64,000 nt of DNA from NCBI GenBank assembly GCA_043228905.1, contig JBHGNT010000004.1:8804001-8868000 (forward strand). The letters are read 5' to 3'. The translations under genes and the position numbers were made by a program. This stretch comes from Azolla caroliniana (taxonomy: Eukaryota > Plantae > Polypodiophyta). Positions 1 to 13,000 of the stretch are shown piece after piece. The notes beneath the pieces are model-generated. The model was not told the DNA's origin. It was given only the letters and a program-made list of their open reading frames with translations, and made no database searches. Position 1 is the stretch's first letter. Each line of letters opens with the position of its first letter.

Positions 1-1042
1 CGAACGGATGAACCGGAGTGTGATGGAGAGAGTCCAGAGCATGTTGGCACATGCAAAGTTACCCAAGAAGTTTTGGGCTGAGGCGTTGATGACGGCAACC
101 TATGTGATAAAGAGATCACCCTTTGTACCCTTGGACAGAGACACATCGCAAAGAGTATGGACTGGTAAGGACGTGTGTTACCGGCATCTAAAGGTGTTTG
201 GGTGTCTCACATATGTGCATGTTGCAAAGGAGAAGATAGCAAAGCTGGATCCGAAGTCCAGGCCATGCATATTCCTTGGATACGACGATGATGAGTTCGG
301 TTAGTGGGTGTGGGATCTGGTCGACAAGAAGGTGTTCCGGAGTCGAGACATAGTCTTCATAGAAGATAGGACCATTGCCGACTGGGAGTCAGAGACGAAG
401 GTCATGAACTCCGGATCATCCAATGAAAACCGGCTTGAGGACACAAGGACATATCCGGTTGAAAACCGGATGTTCGCCGGTAACCGGATGACACTCGACG
501 AACCGTCTAGATACGGACAAGAAACTGAACTGACCGAAGAAGAAGAAGAAGAAGGACACATCGTAACAAGACAAGATCTTGAATTGGATTCGGATAAGCA
601 ACAAACGAAGGAATTGATAGTCAGAAACCAAGGACGGAGATATCCTCTCCGAGAGAGAAGTGTCCCCCAGAGATTTCCTCATGCAGAGCATGTGTTGCTA
701 ACCGATGAGGGGGAGCTGGAAAGCTTCGAAGAAGCAAAGAGAGACACCCACAGTGGCAAGTGGTTGAGTGTCATGCAGGATGAGATGGTTTCCCTGCATG
801 AGAACGACACATATGAACTAACGGATTTGCTGAAAGGGAAGAGAGCACTCCGGAACAAGTGGGTGTACAAGCTGAAACCGGGAGATGCCGGAAATCCACC
901 AAGGTATAAGGCCCAAATCATAGTGAAGGGCTTCCAACAGAAGAAAGGAGTGGACTTCGATAAGATCTTTGCCCCGGTAGTAAAGATGACATCCATCCGG
1001 ACGGTATTGGGCATAGCGGCAAGCATGGACCTCGAGGTAGAG
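1..1042 (+). pseudogene. copia A pol fragment (integrase C-term, RT N-term)
   Basis: ORFs 8..304 and 308..1081 contain FWAEA, KLDPKS..CIFLGY, KWVYK, FAPVVK; in-frame stop at 302-304. Confidence 0.92.
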
Positions 1043-1452
1043 TGTGAAATGTTACGTGCGGAAGCTATACGAAACACATAATACCCAAAGAGAAAAAAAT
1101 AGGTTTAATGGAGAGCTTAAGACACAATGTACACAGGAGAGACAGAGAGGAAAAAACACACAGAAAAACTGAATTTGAATAATGTGTAAACTCTATACAT
1201 AGGATGTGCTCAAAGAGCACTTTTATACAAGTCCATACTGACTGATAGAAGTATTGATACGTACTTCAATGCTCATAACTGAGCTCCTACACTAACTCCC
1301 AAATATATTCCTTCGCAGAATATCTATTCAACAACCTCCTGATTTACGCACCGATCTGGCTTCTTGTTGCGCACCGGTACGCACCGATCCGACCTAACCA
1401 ATCGGTCCACTTGCACAGCCGATCCGGCTAATGTTGAGCTTGTATCTCAACA
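1043..1452 (-). repeat. 3' LTR of copia B
   Basis: Matches 9305-9610 plus 15258-15330; adjoins the PPT complement CTCCCCCTCAA at 1453. Confidence 0.93.
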
Positions 1453-1492
1453 CTCCCCCTCAACCTCAACTTGAGGCTCTTCTGATCCTTCG

Positions 1493-4400
1493 TGTCGAAT
1501 ACAAGTGTATAATGGCCGTATTCACACTGTCCCTTTGGACAGCCCAAGTTTGGGCTATTTCTGTAAATAGAATAAACGGTAGTTGCCCTAGGATAGTCAC
1601 TATATAAAGTGACTTTGTAACTTGTAGTGAAGGTCGGTTGTCATTTGTAACTATTGCTATTAAGAAATAAAACGTTTCTTTGCGCCTCTCTCTCTCTCTC
1701 TCTCTCTGTGCATCTTGTTGATTCTCATACACATGTCCTTCAACGTCACAGAAGTTGTTTGTTCTTCTGCATTGACGACCATGTGAATATATGGCACCCT
1801 ATAGTTCGGAGCAGAACGGAATTACTGAATGCATGAATCAGACGATTCAAGAATGCATAGTATCCATGCTCCAACACTCCGGACTGTCGGATGGCTTCTG
1901 GGCGGAGACTCTACTTACGGCAGTACACATAATAAATATGTCGCCAAGTAGACCTCTAGGACTTAAAATACCTTAGGAAACATGGACCGGTAGTAAGCTG
2001 AATTATGACAAGCTAAGGATCTTCAGTTGCGAGGCGTATGCCCTCATACCGAAAGACGACCGCCAGAAACTCGAACCAAGATCAAGGAAATGTGTTTTCC
2101 CTTTATATGGACCCGACGGCAAGATCGGATACCGACTGTGGGACCCCGAGCACAGACAAATCGTCTGAATATCGGACAGTGCCAACCCTTCATGAAGGTC
2201 CAAGCCACAACACGAGATCGGTTTCACGGGTAACCGACACCTCTCGTCTTGACTCCACTGATTCAGCATAGCCGAATGGTTCGGCTTACGACCATCCGAC
2301 ACCTATACCTAGTGCGACCAGTCCAGTCATACCTCGAAGATCCGAGAGACTGTCGCAACCTCCAGAAAGGTAGTCTCCCAGAATTTTCTTTATCGACGCC
2401 GACGAACCGACGTCTTACGAAGAAGCATCAGCATCAGCCGACTCAACCACTTGGCATCTGGCGATGGAGTCGGAAATGCACTCCATTCGCGCAAACAAGA
2501 CTTGGGACTTGGTCCAATTACCGAAGAATCGACGTACTCTTCCGTGTAAGTTGGTCTATCGACTAAACGAGACGTCTGACTCGACCAACCCAAAGTACAA
2601 GACCAGATTAGTTGTGAAGGGATTTCGACAAGAATATGGCGTCGACTTCGACGAAATCTTTTCACCAGTGGTGAAAATTACAACCCTTCATTTCATGCTC
2701 GGCGTCGTGGCCACCGACAACTTGGAGCTGATTCAGTTAGATGTAAAAACGGCATTCCTCCATGGTGACCTATAGGAGGAAATCTATATGGAGCAGCCGA
2801 AAGGCTTTGTGGCATCCAACCAGGAACATCGAGTCTGCCGACTCAGGAAGAGTTTATACGGCCTGAAACAGGCACCCCGACAGTGGTACAAGAAGTTCGA
2901 CGACTTCATCCAGTCGGTCGGCTTCACCACTGTCTCTCCACCAAAACAGCTCAAGACGGGTCTCTTGTCTTCCTCATCATTTACGTGGACGACATGCTAC
3001 TCTTCGGCCGACATGCCAAAGAGCTCACCGAACTCGTTCGGAAATTGCGGTTGAAGTTTTCCATGAAGGACCTCGGTTCGGCAAGATACATACTTGAAGA
3101 TTAGTCGGCATCGCGATAAACAACAACTTTTCTTGTCTCAAACCGACTACATCGAACGTGTCTTGGAACGCTTCAACATGCACTCGGCCAACTCTGCTTC
3201 GACCCCGCTCCCCATTAACCTTCGGTTGTCTCAGCGAGACTGCCCGACATCCGATTCGGAGGGGGAAGATATGAAGTCGGTATCGTATGCACCGGCAATC
3301 GGCTCCTTTATATACGTGATGGTCACTACACGGCCTGATATTTCTCACACCGTAGGAGTCGCCAACATATTCATGCACGACCCAGGCTAATTGCACTGGA
3401 ACGCAGTCAAGCATGTGTTCAGATATCTAGCCGGCACAAAAGACCACGACCTTCTTTCATCCGCAAGTTGTAGAGGCGCCGGATCAGATACATCTTCGTC
3501 GTGGCGACCTTGTTTTCATAAGTTTCTGACAGTGTGCATGTGTTCAAATATCTAGCTGGCACAAAAGACCACAACATTCTTTTTGGCCCGAACTCAACCT
3601 CAAGTGTAGTCGGTTACACCGACTCGGATTTCGCCGGTTGCGTGGACAGTCGGAAATCAACAACCGGATATTGTTTCAAATTCGGCAATGGAGCCACCTC
3701 AACGACCAAAGTGGAATATGTAGTTGCGTCCGACGCGACAGAAGAAGCTTTATGGCTCGGTCGGTTGGCGCATACGTTTCGACAAGTCGACCTCGACTCT
3801 GCTCCAGTTGTCTACAGCGACAGTCAGGGTGTTGTTGCTTTGTCAAAAAATCTAGTTCACCACAACGCCTCCAAGCATATCGACGTTCGATATTGTTCGG
3901 GACCGCGTCATTTCACGGAAAATCGGTCTCAAGAAGATATCCATAACCGATAATATCGCAAATGGAATGCCCAAGTGTCTTTCGACGGATCGCTTCCGGT
4001 CCCTTTGGCACCAGATCGGCGTAACGAAAAATCGGTCTAGTTAAAGTCGGACACACAACACAGGATGGTTTCAGACAACCGACATCGGTTCTTTGAGGAT
4101 CGGCTTAGCTCTTCCGACCCGACCGGTTTAGTCTTCTGTCTTCAAATCTTGCCGACTCGATCAAAACCGATCTGTTCGATAAACCTTGTGTATACCTGTA
4201 ATTCAAAAAAACCCATGTATACACCCATTACGGGGGAGTGTCGAATACGAGTGTATAATGGCCGTATTCACATTGTCCCTTTGGACAACCCAAGTTTGTA
4301 ACCTTTAGTGAAGGGCAGTTGCCCTAGGATAGTCACTATATAAAGTGAATTTGTAACCTTTAGTGAAGGTCGGTTGTCATTTGTAACTGTTGCTATTAAG

Positions 4401-4536
4401 AAATAAAACGTTTCTTTGTGCCTATCTCTCTCTATCTCTCTCTCTATCTGTGTGTATCTTGTTCATTCTCATACACAGGTCCTTCAACATCACAGATGTT
4501 GTTTGTTCTTCTGCACTAACGACCTTGTCCCCAACA
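1493..4536 (+). mobile_element. Ty1/copia element C (same family as E), internally deleted, inserted in the 3' region of B
   Basis: LTRs 1493-~1780 (3'-truncated) and 4239-4536; TSD CTTCG/CTTCC (1488-1492 / 4537-4541); PPT GGGGGAG at 4232-4238; INT-RT-RH remnants collinear with E. Confidence 0.92.
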
Positions 4537-4954
4537 CTTCCCTCCAGTTTCTCTTGGCTTCACGCCTCGCTCGTGCTCCTCGACCTGTTCAATTCCACGC
4601 ACCTCGACCCTTTCAGTCGGCTTGTTTGCTCGTGCGGCCTTTTCCAGCTCCCTTGTTGTCACGGTGTTAGCGCCTCTTCTGCTGCCCTTTATTCCGCTTG
4701 GCCTTCGATTCGTCTCCACTTTTGTCCGAATTGGTTGTCTCCAATTCGTCCTTCTCGCCCTTGTTGGCTTCATCTCCCACATGTTTGGTTGGCTCTGGCT
4801 CTTTCTTTCGGTTGTTGCCCTCTCGTCCGCTTCCAGACTCCTCTGTGGATCCGCCTTCGGCTTCTTCAGTCAACACTAAATCGAATTCGTCATCCGGTTT
4901 GATGTCGCGGTCACTCCCGCTCCTTTCCTGTTCTTTCCTTGGTCTTGCGGGACT

Positions 4955-7900
4955 TTTCTCCCCCTCAAGTTCGACACATCAAGGTGCCGCAACTCAAGCG
5001 CACCCAAGAATTGCCGCAACTTGTCCAGACCAACGGGCTTGGTGAAAATATCGGCAGTTTGTCGATCCGTCGAAACATATTGAAGTTCAACTTCACCAGA
5101 GAGAACACTCTCACGAAAAAAGTGGTAGTGCACCTCAATGTGCTTAGTCTAGGCGTGGAAGACAGGGTTCTTCGCAAGTTGGATGTTGTTGAGGTTGTCG
5201 TAGTAGATCGTCGTCGGATCAGACACGTCCACCTATAGATCCTTAAGTAGCCACTTCAGCCATATGGCTTCGCATGTTGTGACAGCCGCTCCTCGATACT
5301 CAGCCTCTATGCTCGACAATGCAACTGTCAGCTGCTTCTTGCTACTCCACGTGATCGCGACACTCCCAAAGGAGAACGCAAATCCGTATGTGGATCGGCG
5401 ATCGTCGGCGTTTCCGGCCCAGTCGATCTATCCGTATAGCTGACTAGTTGAACGGCAGTACCGGTCTGATATAGTAGCCCTCAGTCCTTAGTACCGCTGA
5501 CGTACCTGAGTATGCGTTGCGCGCACTTGAGGTGCTCCTTGGTTGGCCGCGCCATGAACTGACTAATCAAGCCGACCGGGTAACTGAGGTCCGGCCGGGT
5601 GCTAGTCAAGTATATGAGGCTTCCGACAATCTGTCGGAACCTTTTCGGGTCGCAGACCTTTACGGAGTCAGGGCAAAGCTTCAAGGTTCTGTCCAGAGGA
5701 GTTGAGACAGGCTTACAGGCCGCATCCCGAACTTGAAGAGCATACTCAGCATGTAATGCCGTTGGGTGATCAATATGTCTTCGGGGGTTCGGATCACTTC
5801 GATCCCGAGAAAGTAATGAAGGTCCCCCCGGTCCTTCATATTAAATGATGCCGCAAGCTGGAGTTTTATGCGATCAATTTCACCTAGGTCGACGCCGGCG
5901 ATGACCAAGTCATCAACATAAAGTAAAATAATAACTAGCCCAAGTCAACTTTACTGGACAAACAATGAAGAGTCCGATTTGGACATCGCAAATCCCATCC
6001 GACGCAATTGCTGCGTGATCTTCGCGTTCCAGGCATGCAAGGCTTGCTTTAGTCCATAAAGGGACTTCTTCAACCGGCATACCGCCGAAGTGTTTGTTCC
6101 GGAGTGAAATCTAGGGGGTTGTACAATGTACACTTGTTCCTCAAGTTCGCCTTGTAGGAACTCATTCTTTACATCCATTAGATGTATGTGCCACCCCTTC
6201 GTCGTAGCTACTGCTAGCAAAACACGGACGATCGTCATCTTCGCGACCGGCGCAAACGTCTCATCGTAATCGATGATGTGTTGTTGCGCATATCCTTTTG
6301 CTACTAACCAGGCCTTGTATCGGTTGAACAAACTGTCGGTGTTGTACTTGATCTTGTACACCCACCTGCATCCCATCGGATTTACACCCTTGGGGGCGTC
6401 AACCAGGTCCCAGGTTTCATTCTCGGCAAGTGCATTCATCTCTTCCTCCATGGCGGCATGCCAATTAGCATTCTTTGCCGCTTCTGCGTACCTCTCCAGC
6501 TCAAGCACTTCCGCTACACGTGTCATGTATGCATAGTGATGCGCCATGTACTCGTTGTATCTGAACTGCACACCAGGGTTCTTCTGGCGGATAGATCAGC
6601 GTAATTGTTCATTAGACGATGTTGAGGCTATATTGGTCGACGCGGGCTTCTTTCTTGAAGGCACATCATCGCTCTTCTCGGAGTCGGATTTGCATCGATC
6701 TAACTCGTCCCTATCCGTGTCGTACTTCGGCATCTTCTTCTTTCCCTTTTGTTTGTGTGTAAGCTGTCTCTTCAGCTTCTTGCGCGGGAAATGCACGACC
6801 GAGTCTCCACTACTCGCCGACTTAGTCACTCATTCGGTCCACTTAGCCAAAAGGAGATCGGACTCTCTTCAAGAGTTCCGACTTCGCGTTCATGAGGAGG
6901 CATCTCAGCCTTGCCGACCTCATCTTCAGAACTCGGATTGTAGTTGAGGTCTGGAGTTGGAGACAAGTACCAAGACGCAGACTCATCGAATACGACATCG
7001 TGACTTACGTGAGCTTTTTTGGTTTGGGGTTTATAATACTTCTAACCCTTTTGTTCGTCCGAATAGCCGACCAAGATACACTTCTCAGCTTTCATGTCTA
7101 GCTTCCTCCACTTCTCCTTCGGCACATGCACATACGCGATGCTACCGAAAACCCTCAAATGTCGTAGATTCGGCTTCCTTCCGAAATACAACTCATGTGC
7201 TGACACTTTTTCGCCAATCCGATTTTGGATGTAGACCGCGGTTCGGACCGCTTCGGCCCAATAGAACTTGGGCATGCCCTTTTCTTCCAGCATTGCCCGC
7301 GCCGCTTCCACAACCGACCGATTCTTCCTTTCGGCTACGCCGTTTTGCTCCAGCATATACCTCCAACTGAATTCATGCTGAATTCCCATTTGTTGTAGAT
7401 AACTGTTGAATTAGCCGGAAAAGTACTCTTTTCTGCCATCACACTGCAGGCACTTTATCTTCCTCCCTGTTTCCCTTTCGACAAGATTTTTGAGGTTCCG
7501 GAAACAGTCGAAGACTTCACTCTTCTTTTCGATGAGGTAGATCCATGTGTGCCGGGTGTAGTCGTCGATGAAGGAGACGAAATATCGCCTCCCGCCAAGA
7601 CTCACGTTTTGTGCCGGTCCCCATACATCTGAGTGTATCAAGTCGAGCTTATTTCGGCTCCGATTACGCTCGTTGGGGAAAGGAATTCGGTGTTGCTTCC
7701 CTAACTGGCAAGCACTTCACAAATTTGGGCCTTTCAACCATTGAATTTCGGCAATTTGAACACAACTTGTTTCGATTGTAGGTTCTGAGGCCTTTGGTAG
7801 TTGACATGGCCAATTTGTTTATGCCACAAGTCGATATCTGACTTGAATTTTCTCCCTTTTGCGAACATGGCGGTGCCTACGTCATTGGTGTCGAGGATGA

Positions 7901-9196
7901 ACACCCTCCCATCTCTACGCCCTTGTGCAATAACTTGGCCTTCTTCCTCGATGAAGCACCTGAGATGCGTGAACCGGACTTGCATCCCCCGGTCGACGAT
8001 CTGCCCGACCGACACCAGATTCTTCGTACTTGCATCCCTTTTGGCCTGACGTGGCTGAGGGGAATTTCACTGATATGTACAATCGGATGCGGAGTGTCGT
8101 GTCCTGTTGCGACTACTCCCGGTTGTTCTGGTTTTTCTAAATATGAGAACCATTGTTTATGGTTCGTCATATGGTTTGACACTCCAGAGTCAACGTACCA
8201 CACTTCGACTGATTCCGGGGTGGTCTTCTTCATCGAGTTCGCTTCGTGTCTTGTCACGAAGGCTGCCCCCTTTTTGACTTCTTCGGATCCTTCGGCGTAG
8301 TGCGTCCGCTGCCGATTTCCTTGTTCGGTCCGTCCGGATTCGGATCCAGTTTTCTCTGAATCGGGTCGCTTCTTCCAACACTCACTCTCCTTGTGGCCTT
8401 TCTTGCCACAATACCAAAATTCTGCGACGTGTTTCCCTTGTCGGTTCTCGTCGCCTCCTCAACTCCCCCTGCTTCTAGAGGGTCCGGAATTGCTGTGGGC
8501 ATCACCACGATGCCTTCTTCATTGCACCCATCGACCGCCTCCATTGCACGCCGATTTGCTTTGTCCACCATGACCATGGGGCCTATCTCCCTCTATGTAC
8601 AACATCTTGCTATCGGCGTGCACACTTGTCGACGCACTCGCGTGATTCTCCTCTACAAGGAGCATCGACTACAAGTCAAAAAACAACGGCGTATTCTCCC
8701 TTGTACAAACAGCAGTTCGGAATGCTCCGAACATCGACGCCAATCCTCGGAGGAAAATCTGCACCATTTCGCCCTCCTCAACGTTCACATTGATGGAGGC
8801 GAGGGAGTCACAGATATCCTTTATCTTGGAGGTGTAGTCAGCTACCGTCATGTCACGTTGACGCACATTGCTCAACTCCTATCGGAGTTGGAGCTTCCTG
8901 GCTGTGGTGCTTGCGACGAAAATCTTTTTCAGATTTCCCCCATCATCCTTCAGCGTTCTTGCATCTTGAACGTAGCTCAAGAGTTGTTCGCTCACATAGG
9001 ACGCGAAGCAGTAGAGAGCTCCGCTCGCCGACTGTTACCAGGCTGGGAAGTCTCTCTGTGTTGATTCGGGTGCTGCATCATTCCCTCCATCGACATAGCT
9101 CCAGTATCCATGTCCGAGCAGGTACTGGTGCATCTTGTACGACCAAGATGCATAGTTACTTCTGTCGAGCTTCTCAGTTGGAAGCAAACTAGCCAT
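4955..9196 (-). pseudogene. copia B gag-pol, fragmented
   Basis: ATG at 9196 (MASLLPTEKLDRSNYASW), WYVDSG protease, IHSDVWGP integrase, RT, and ADIFTK..LRG RNase H end; many stops and frameshifts. Confidence 0.92.
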
Positions 9197-9292
9197 TCCT
9201 CGATCCAATTATTTTTCTTTCTGTTCTTCACCGAGATTAGGGTTTTTTTTTGTTTCGGGCTGAAGTTGGCTGTAGAGGTTCTCAACCCTCGT

Positions 9293-9304
9293 GCTCTGAT
9301 ACTA
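9293..9304 (-). promoter_or_regulatory. PBS of B (tRNA-iMet, one mismatch)
   Basis: Minus strand reads TAGTATCAGAGC versus canonical TGGTATCAGAGC, adjacent to the LTR. Confidence 0.85.
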
Positions 9305-9610
9305 TGTGAAATGTTACGTGCGGAAGCTATACGAAACACAGAATACCGATAGAGAAAAAAACAGGTTTACTGGAGAGCTTAAGACACAATGTACGCGGGA
9401 GAGACAAAGAGGGAAAAACACACAGAAAAACTGAATTGGAATAATGTGTAAACTCTGTACATAGGATGTGATCAGAGAGCACTTTTATACAAGTCCATAT
9501 AGACTGACAAAAGTACTAATAGGTACTTCAATGCTCATAACTGAGCGGCTTCACTAACTCCCAAATATATTCCCTCGCGGAATATCTGTTCAACAACCTC
9601 CCGGTTTGCA

Positions 9611-10084
9611 TGTTAAGAGTCTATTACTAATCAATAGACCAAATCAAGTAAAAAGGAAGAAAATAGATTGGATAGAAGAACCCGTTCCACCCGACCACCC
9701 CCGAGCTATGATCTAGACATAGCCAACCTACCACCGACGTCCCATACCGCCGGATATTAGGATGACTAATACCTTGGAAGAGATAAACACGATCGTCGAG
9801 ACGAAAGCCTAGCCCGCACCACCGGTGTCTACGACAGCAGCCTTCCGACGTGATGATCCCTATGAGGGTAGCTAAGCCTCATATTTATACCTTTTCCTAG
9901 GCCCCTTGAATAGATGTGCCTTTCTAAAAGGCTCTCTATTCATTGGTTGTCTAAATCATGATAGTGCATGCACATATCATTCATTCTATCCAATCATTAG
10001 TCCCCTTTTTAATAATAGTGAACATACCCTTCACTAATGTAAATATTAGCGACCTACCCTCACCAACGTTATGTGTACATAACA
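9611..10084 (-). repeat. 3' LTR of the chromovirus
   Basis: Follows PPT AGGGGAGTA at the pol stop; sense strand reads TGTTATGT...CTCTTAACA with TATAAATA near 9885. Confidence 0.85.
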
Positions 10085-10091
10085 TACTCCC

Positions 10092-13000
10092 CTACTTCAA
10101 AAGATTGCACTCTTGCAATATAAAGTGGGGAAATTGTGCCTTAAGCGAATGCTCGCGTTCCCATGTGGCATCATCAATAGGTTTATCCATCCATTTGATC
10201 TTGAATAGCCGAATCTCTTTAGAACGTAAACGTTTAGTACGAGAATCAAGAATTTGTTCAGGAACATGAGGTTTGTAAGAAAAATCCTCTAATGTTACAA
10301 GATCTTGGATTGTGATGGTGTTATCACCAGAGCCTAAAAATGGTTTTAGACGACTGACGTGAAAAACAGGATAAATACCAACGTTACGAGGTAAGGCAAG
10401 GTGATAAGCAGATGACCCAACTCGCTTAAGGATTTCAAATGGGCCACAATATCGTGGGGCTAACTTAGCGCACTTGCCCGTAGATAATGACGTAGAATCA
10501 GTCGGGACACGCAAAAAAACTTTTTGACCAATAGTAAATGCACGAGGACGTCTATCCCGATCAGCATAAAATCGAGCACGATCTTGAGCTGTCTTGACAT
10601 TTTCTTTGGCAATATGCAACATTTGGTTCATGTCTTGCAAAAAATTGCGTGTACTGTCTAATGTATCACGATGAATCGTGACATCAACTGGGGCACGTGG
10701 CTGAAAACCATACATCAACATAAAAGGACTATATCCAGTGGATGTATGTTTAGAGCTATTATAGGCAAATTCTAAGATAGGAAGGTATTGCTCCCACTTA
10801 GAAGGGGTTTTTGCTACATAAGCTCGAAGCATGTCCTCAATAATTTGATTAACTCGTTCAGTTTGTCCATCAGACTGAGGATGATCTGCGGAACTCATGC
10901 TCAACGTAGTTTCTAGTTTCTTAAAGACCTGAGTCCAAAAGTCACTAGTAAACTTGGAATCTCGATCACTAACAATATCCATCGGTAATCCATAAAAACA
11001 AAATAACTCATCAACAAATTGATAAGCCAACTGTTGAGCGGTTACCGTGGTTTTTGTAGGAATAAATCTAGCTAATTTTGTTAGCCTGTCAACGACAACC
11101 CATATGGCATCATGACCCCTCTGTGTACGAGGTAAACTAACAATAAAATCCATCGAGATACTTTCCCATTTATTGTTGGGAATATCTAAGGGATGTAAAA
11201 GACCAGCAGCTTTAAGTCATTCCGACTTATTAATCTGACATTGTAAGCATTGAGTTACGTATTTATGCACGTCAGAGCGCATCTTAGGCCAGAAAAAAGT
11301 ACACGAGATGAGAACGAGTGTGCGTTGTATTCCAGGATGACCAGCAGATGGTGCATCATGACATTCATGAAAAATTTTCTGTTTAACATTTGGTAAATCT
11401 GGAACACAGACCTTTCCACTACGGTAGAGCAAACCGTTTGTAATGTGAAAGGTCGCCTTCGAGGGTAGGGTGCTAGTATCGGCATCTAAACCAGATTCGG
11501 CTTTCATCCAGTATTTTGAGAAATAACTGTCATCAAGGTATTTCCCTCGAAGGTGATCTAAAAGATCAGATTTTATTTCCGTGAAGCTAAGCATGTTAAC
11601 TTCTTTAATGCGACTAAGAGCATCAGCAACGGTGTTCATAGAACCCTTGCGATATCGTATGGAAAAATCAAAATCTTGCATAAGGTCAGCCCAACGGCCT
11701 TTACGACCAACAAGATCGGGCTGGTCACAAAAATACTTTAATGATTGATGGTCTGTTGTAACCACAAATTTATTTCCATAGAGATAGTGCCTCCATGTTT
11801 TAAGTGCGTGTATCACCGCAAACAACTCTTTCTCTTGAACCGAATACCGAGATTGAGCAGCATCAAGCTTCTTACTTTCAAAAGCAATAGGGTGACCACC
11901 TTGATAAAGAACGGCACCAATAGCATAATCACTAGCATCGGTTTCAATTGAGAAAGGCTTAGAAGGGTCTGGTAATAGAAGAGTGGGAGCCTGACACACA
12001 TGCTCCTTGAGTGTCTCAAATGATTTGTCAAGTTGTTCATTCCATGAAATTGGTTTGACAGACTTACGTGGATGACCTTTTAAAAGGTCAGTTAATGGCG
12101 TAGTCAATTTGGAATAGTTACGAATTGATTTTCGTAAAAATCCAACAAACCCTAAGAATGATCTAAGTTCACGAATATTACGAGGAATGGGCCAAAGTTT
12201 AACCTTTTCAATACGAGAAGGTTCAATTTCAACGCCATTTTCTGTAATTAAATGACCTAGGTACACAATAGATTTTTGGAAGAAGTCACATTTTGAATGT
12301 TTTGCATAGAAAGAGTTGTCACGCAACTTTCGCAAAACAAATCGAACATGTTGAACATGATCTTGCAAGGTACGGCTATATATCAAAATATCATCCAAGA
12401 AGACGACAACAAAATCACCGAGTTGATCTCGGAAAACATCATTCATCGCTTGTTGGAATGTGGCTGGAGCATTAGTCAACCCAAACGGCATGACTAAAAA
12501 CTCATAATGGCCATAGCGCGTACGAAAAGCGGTTTTAGGAATATCATCCTCGGCGATGCGAATCTGATGATAACCAGTTCGTAAGTCAATTTTCGTAAAA
12601 TATCGAGCCCCGTGCAAACGATCAATCAAATCATCGGCACGAGGTAATGGATATGCATTCTTAATTGTCATTTTATTCAAACGGCGATAATTGATACACA
12701 TTCGCCACGAACCTTCCTTCTTCTTGACTAATAGAACTGGCGCACCCCAAGGTGATTTACTATACCTAATGTGGCCCATACTCAAGTATTCCTTAAGTTG
12801 TTTAGCGATCTCATCCTCTTCTAATCGACTAAGTCGGTAAGGTGGAATGCTCACAGGAGCAGCCCCAGGGATGAGTTCAATTTGATGGTCCACATTACGT
12901 TTAGGTGGTAAAGTAAGCGGTAATTCAGTAGGAAACACATCTTGAAAATCCTCTAAAATAGAGTCGAGTAATCGTTGCTCAAAATGTGGTAATTGTGTGG

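Noticed and set aside
4390-5045. env-like or hydrophobic ORFs in the 3' region of B
   Set aside because: They are low-complexity translations of a CT-rich strand, some crossing the LTR junction of C, with no counterpart in F.
11214-11219. Programmed readthrough at the TGA in the chromovirus integrase
   Set aside because: It falls inside the integrase just after the zinc-binding motif where Arg fits, so a CGA>TGA mutation is the simpler explanation.
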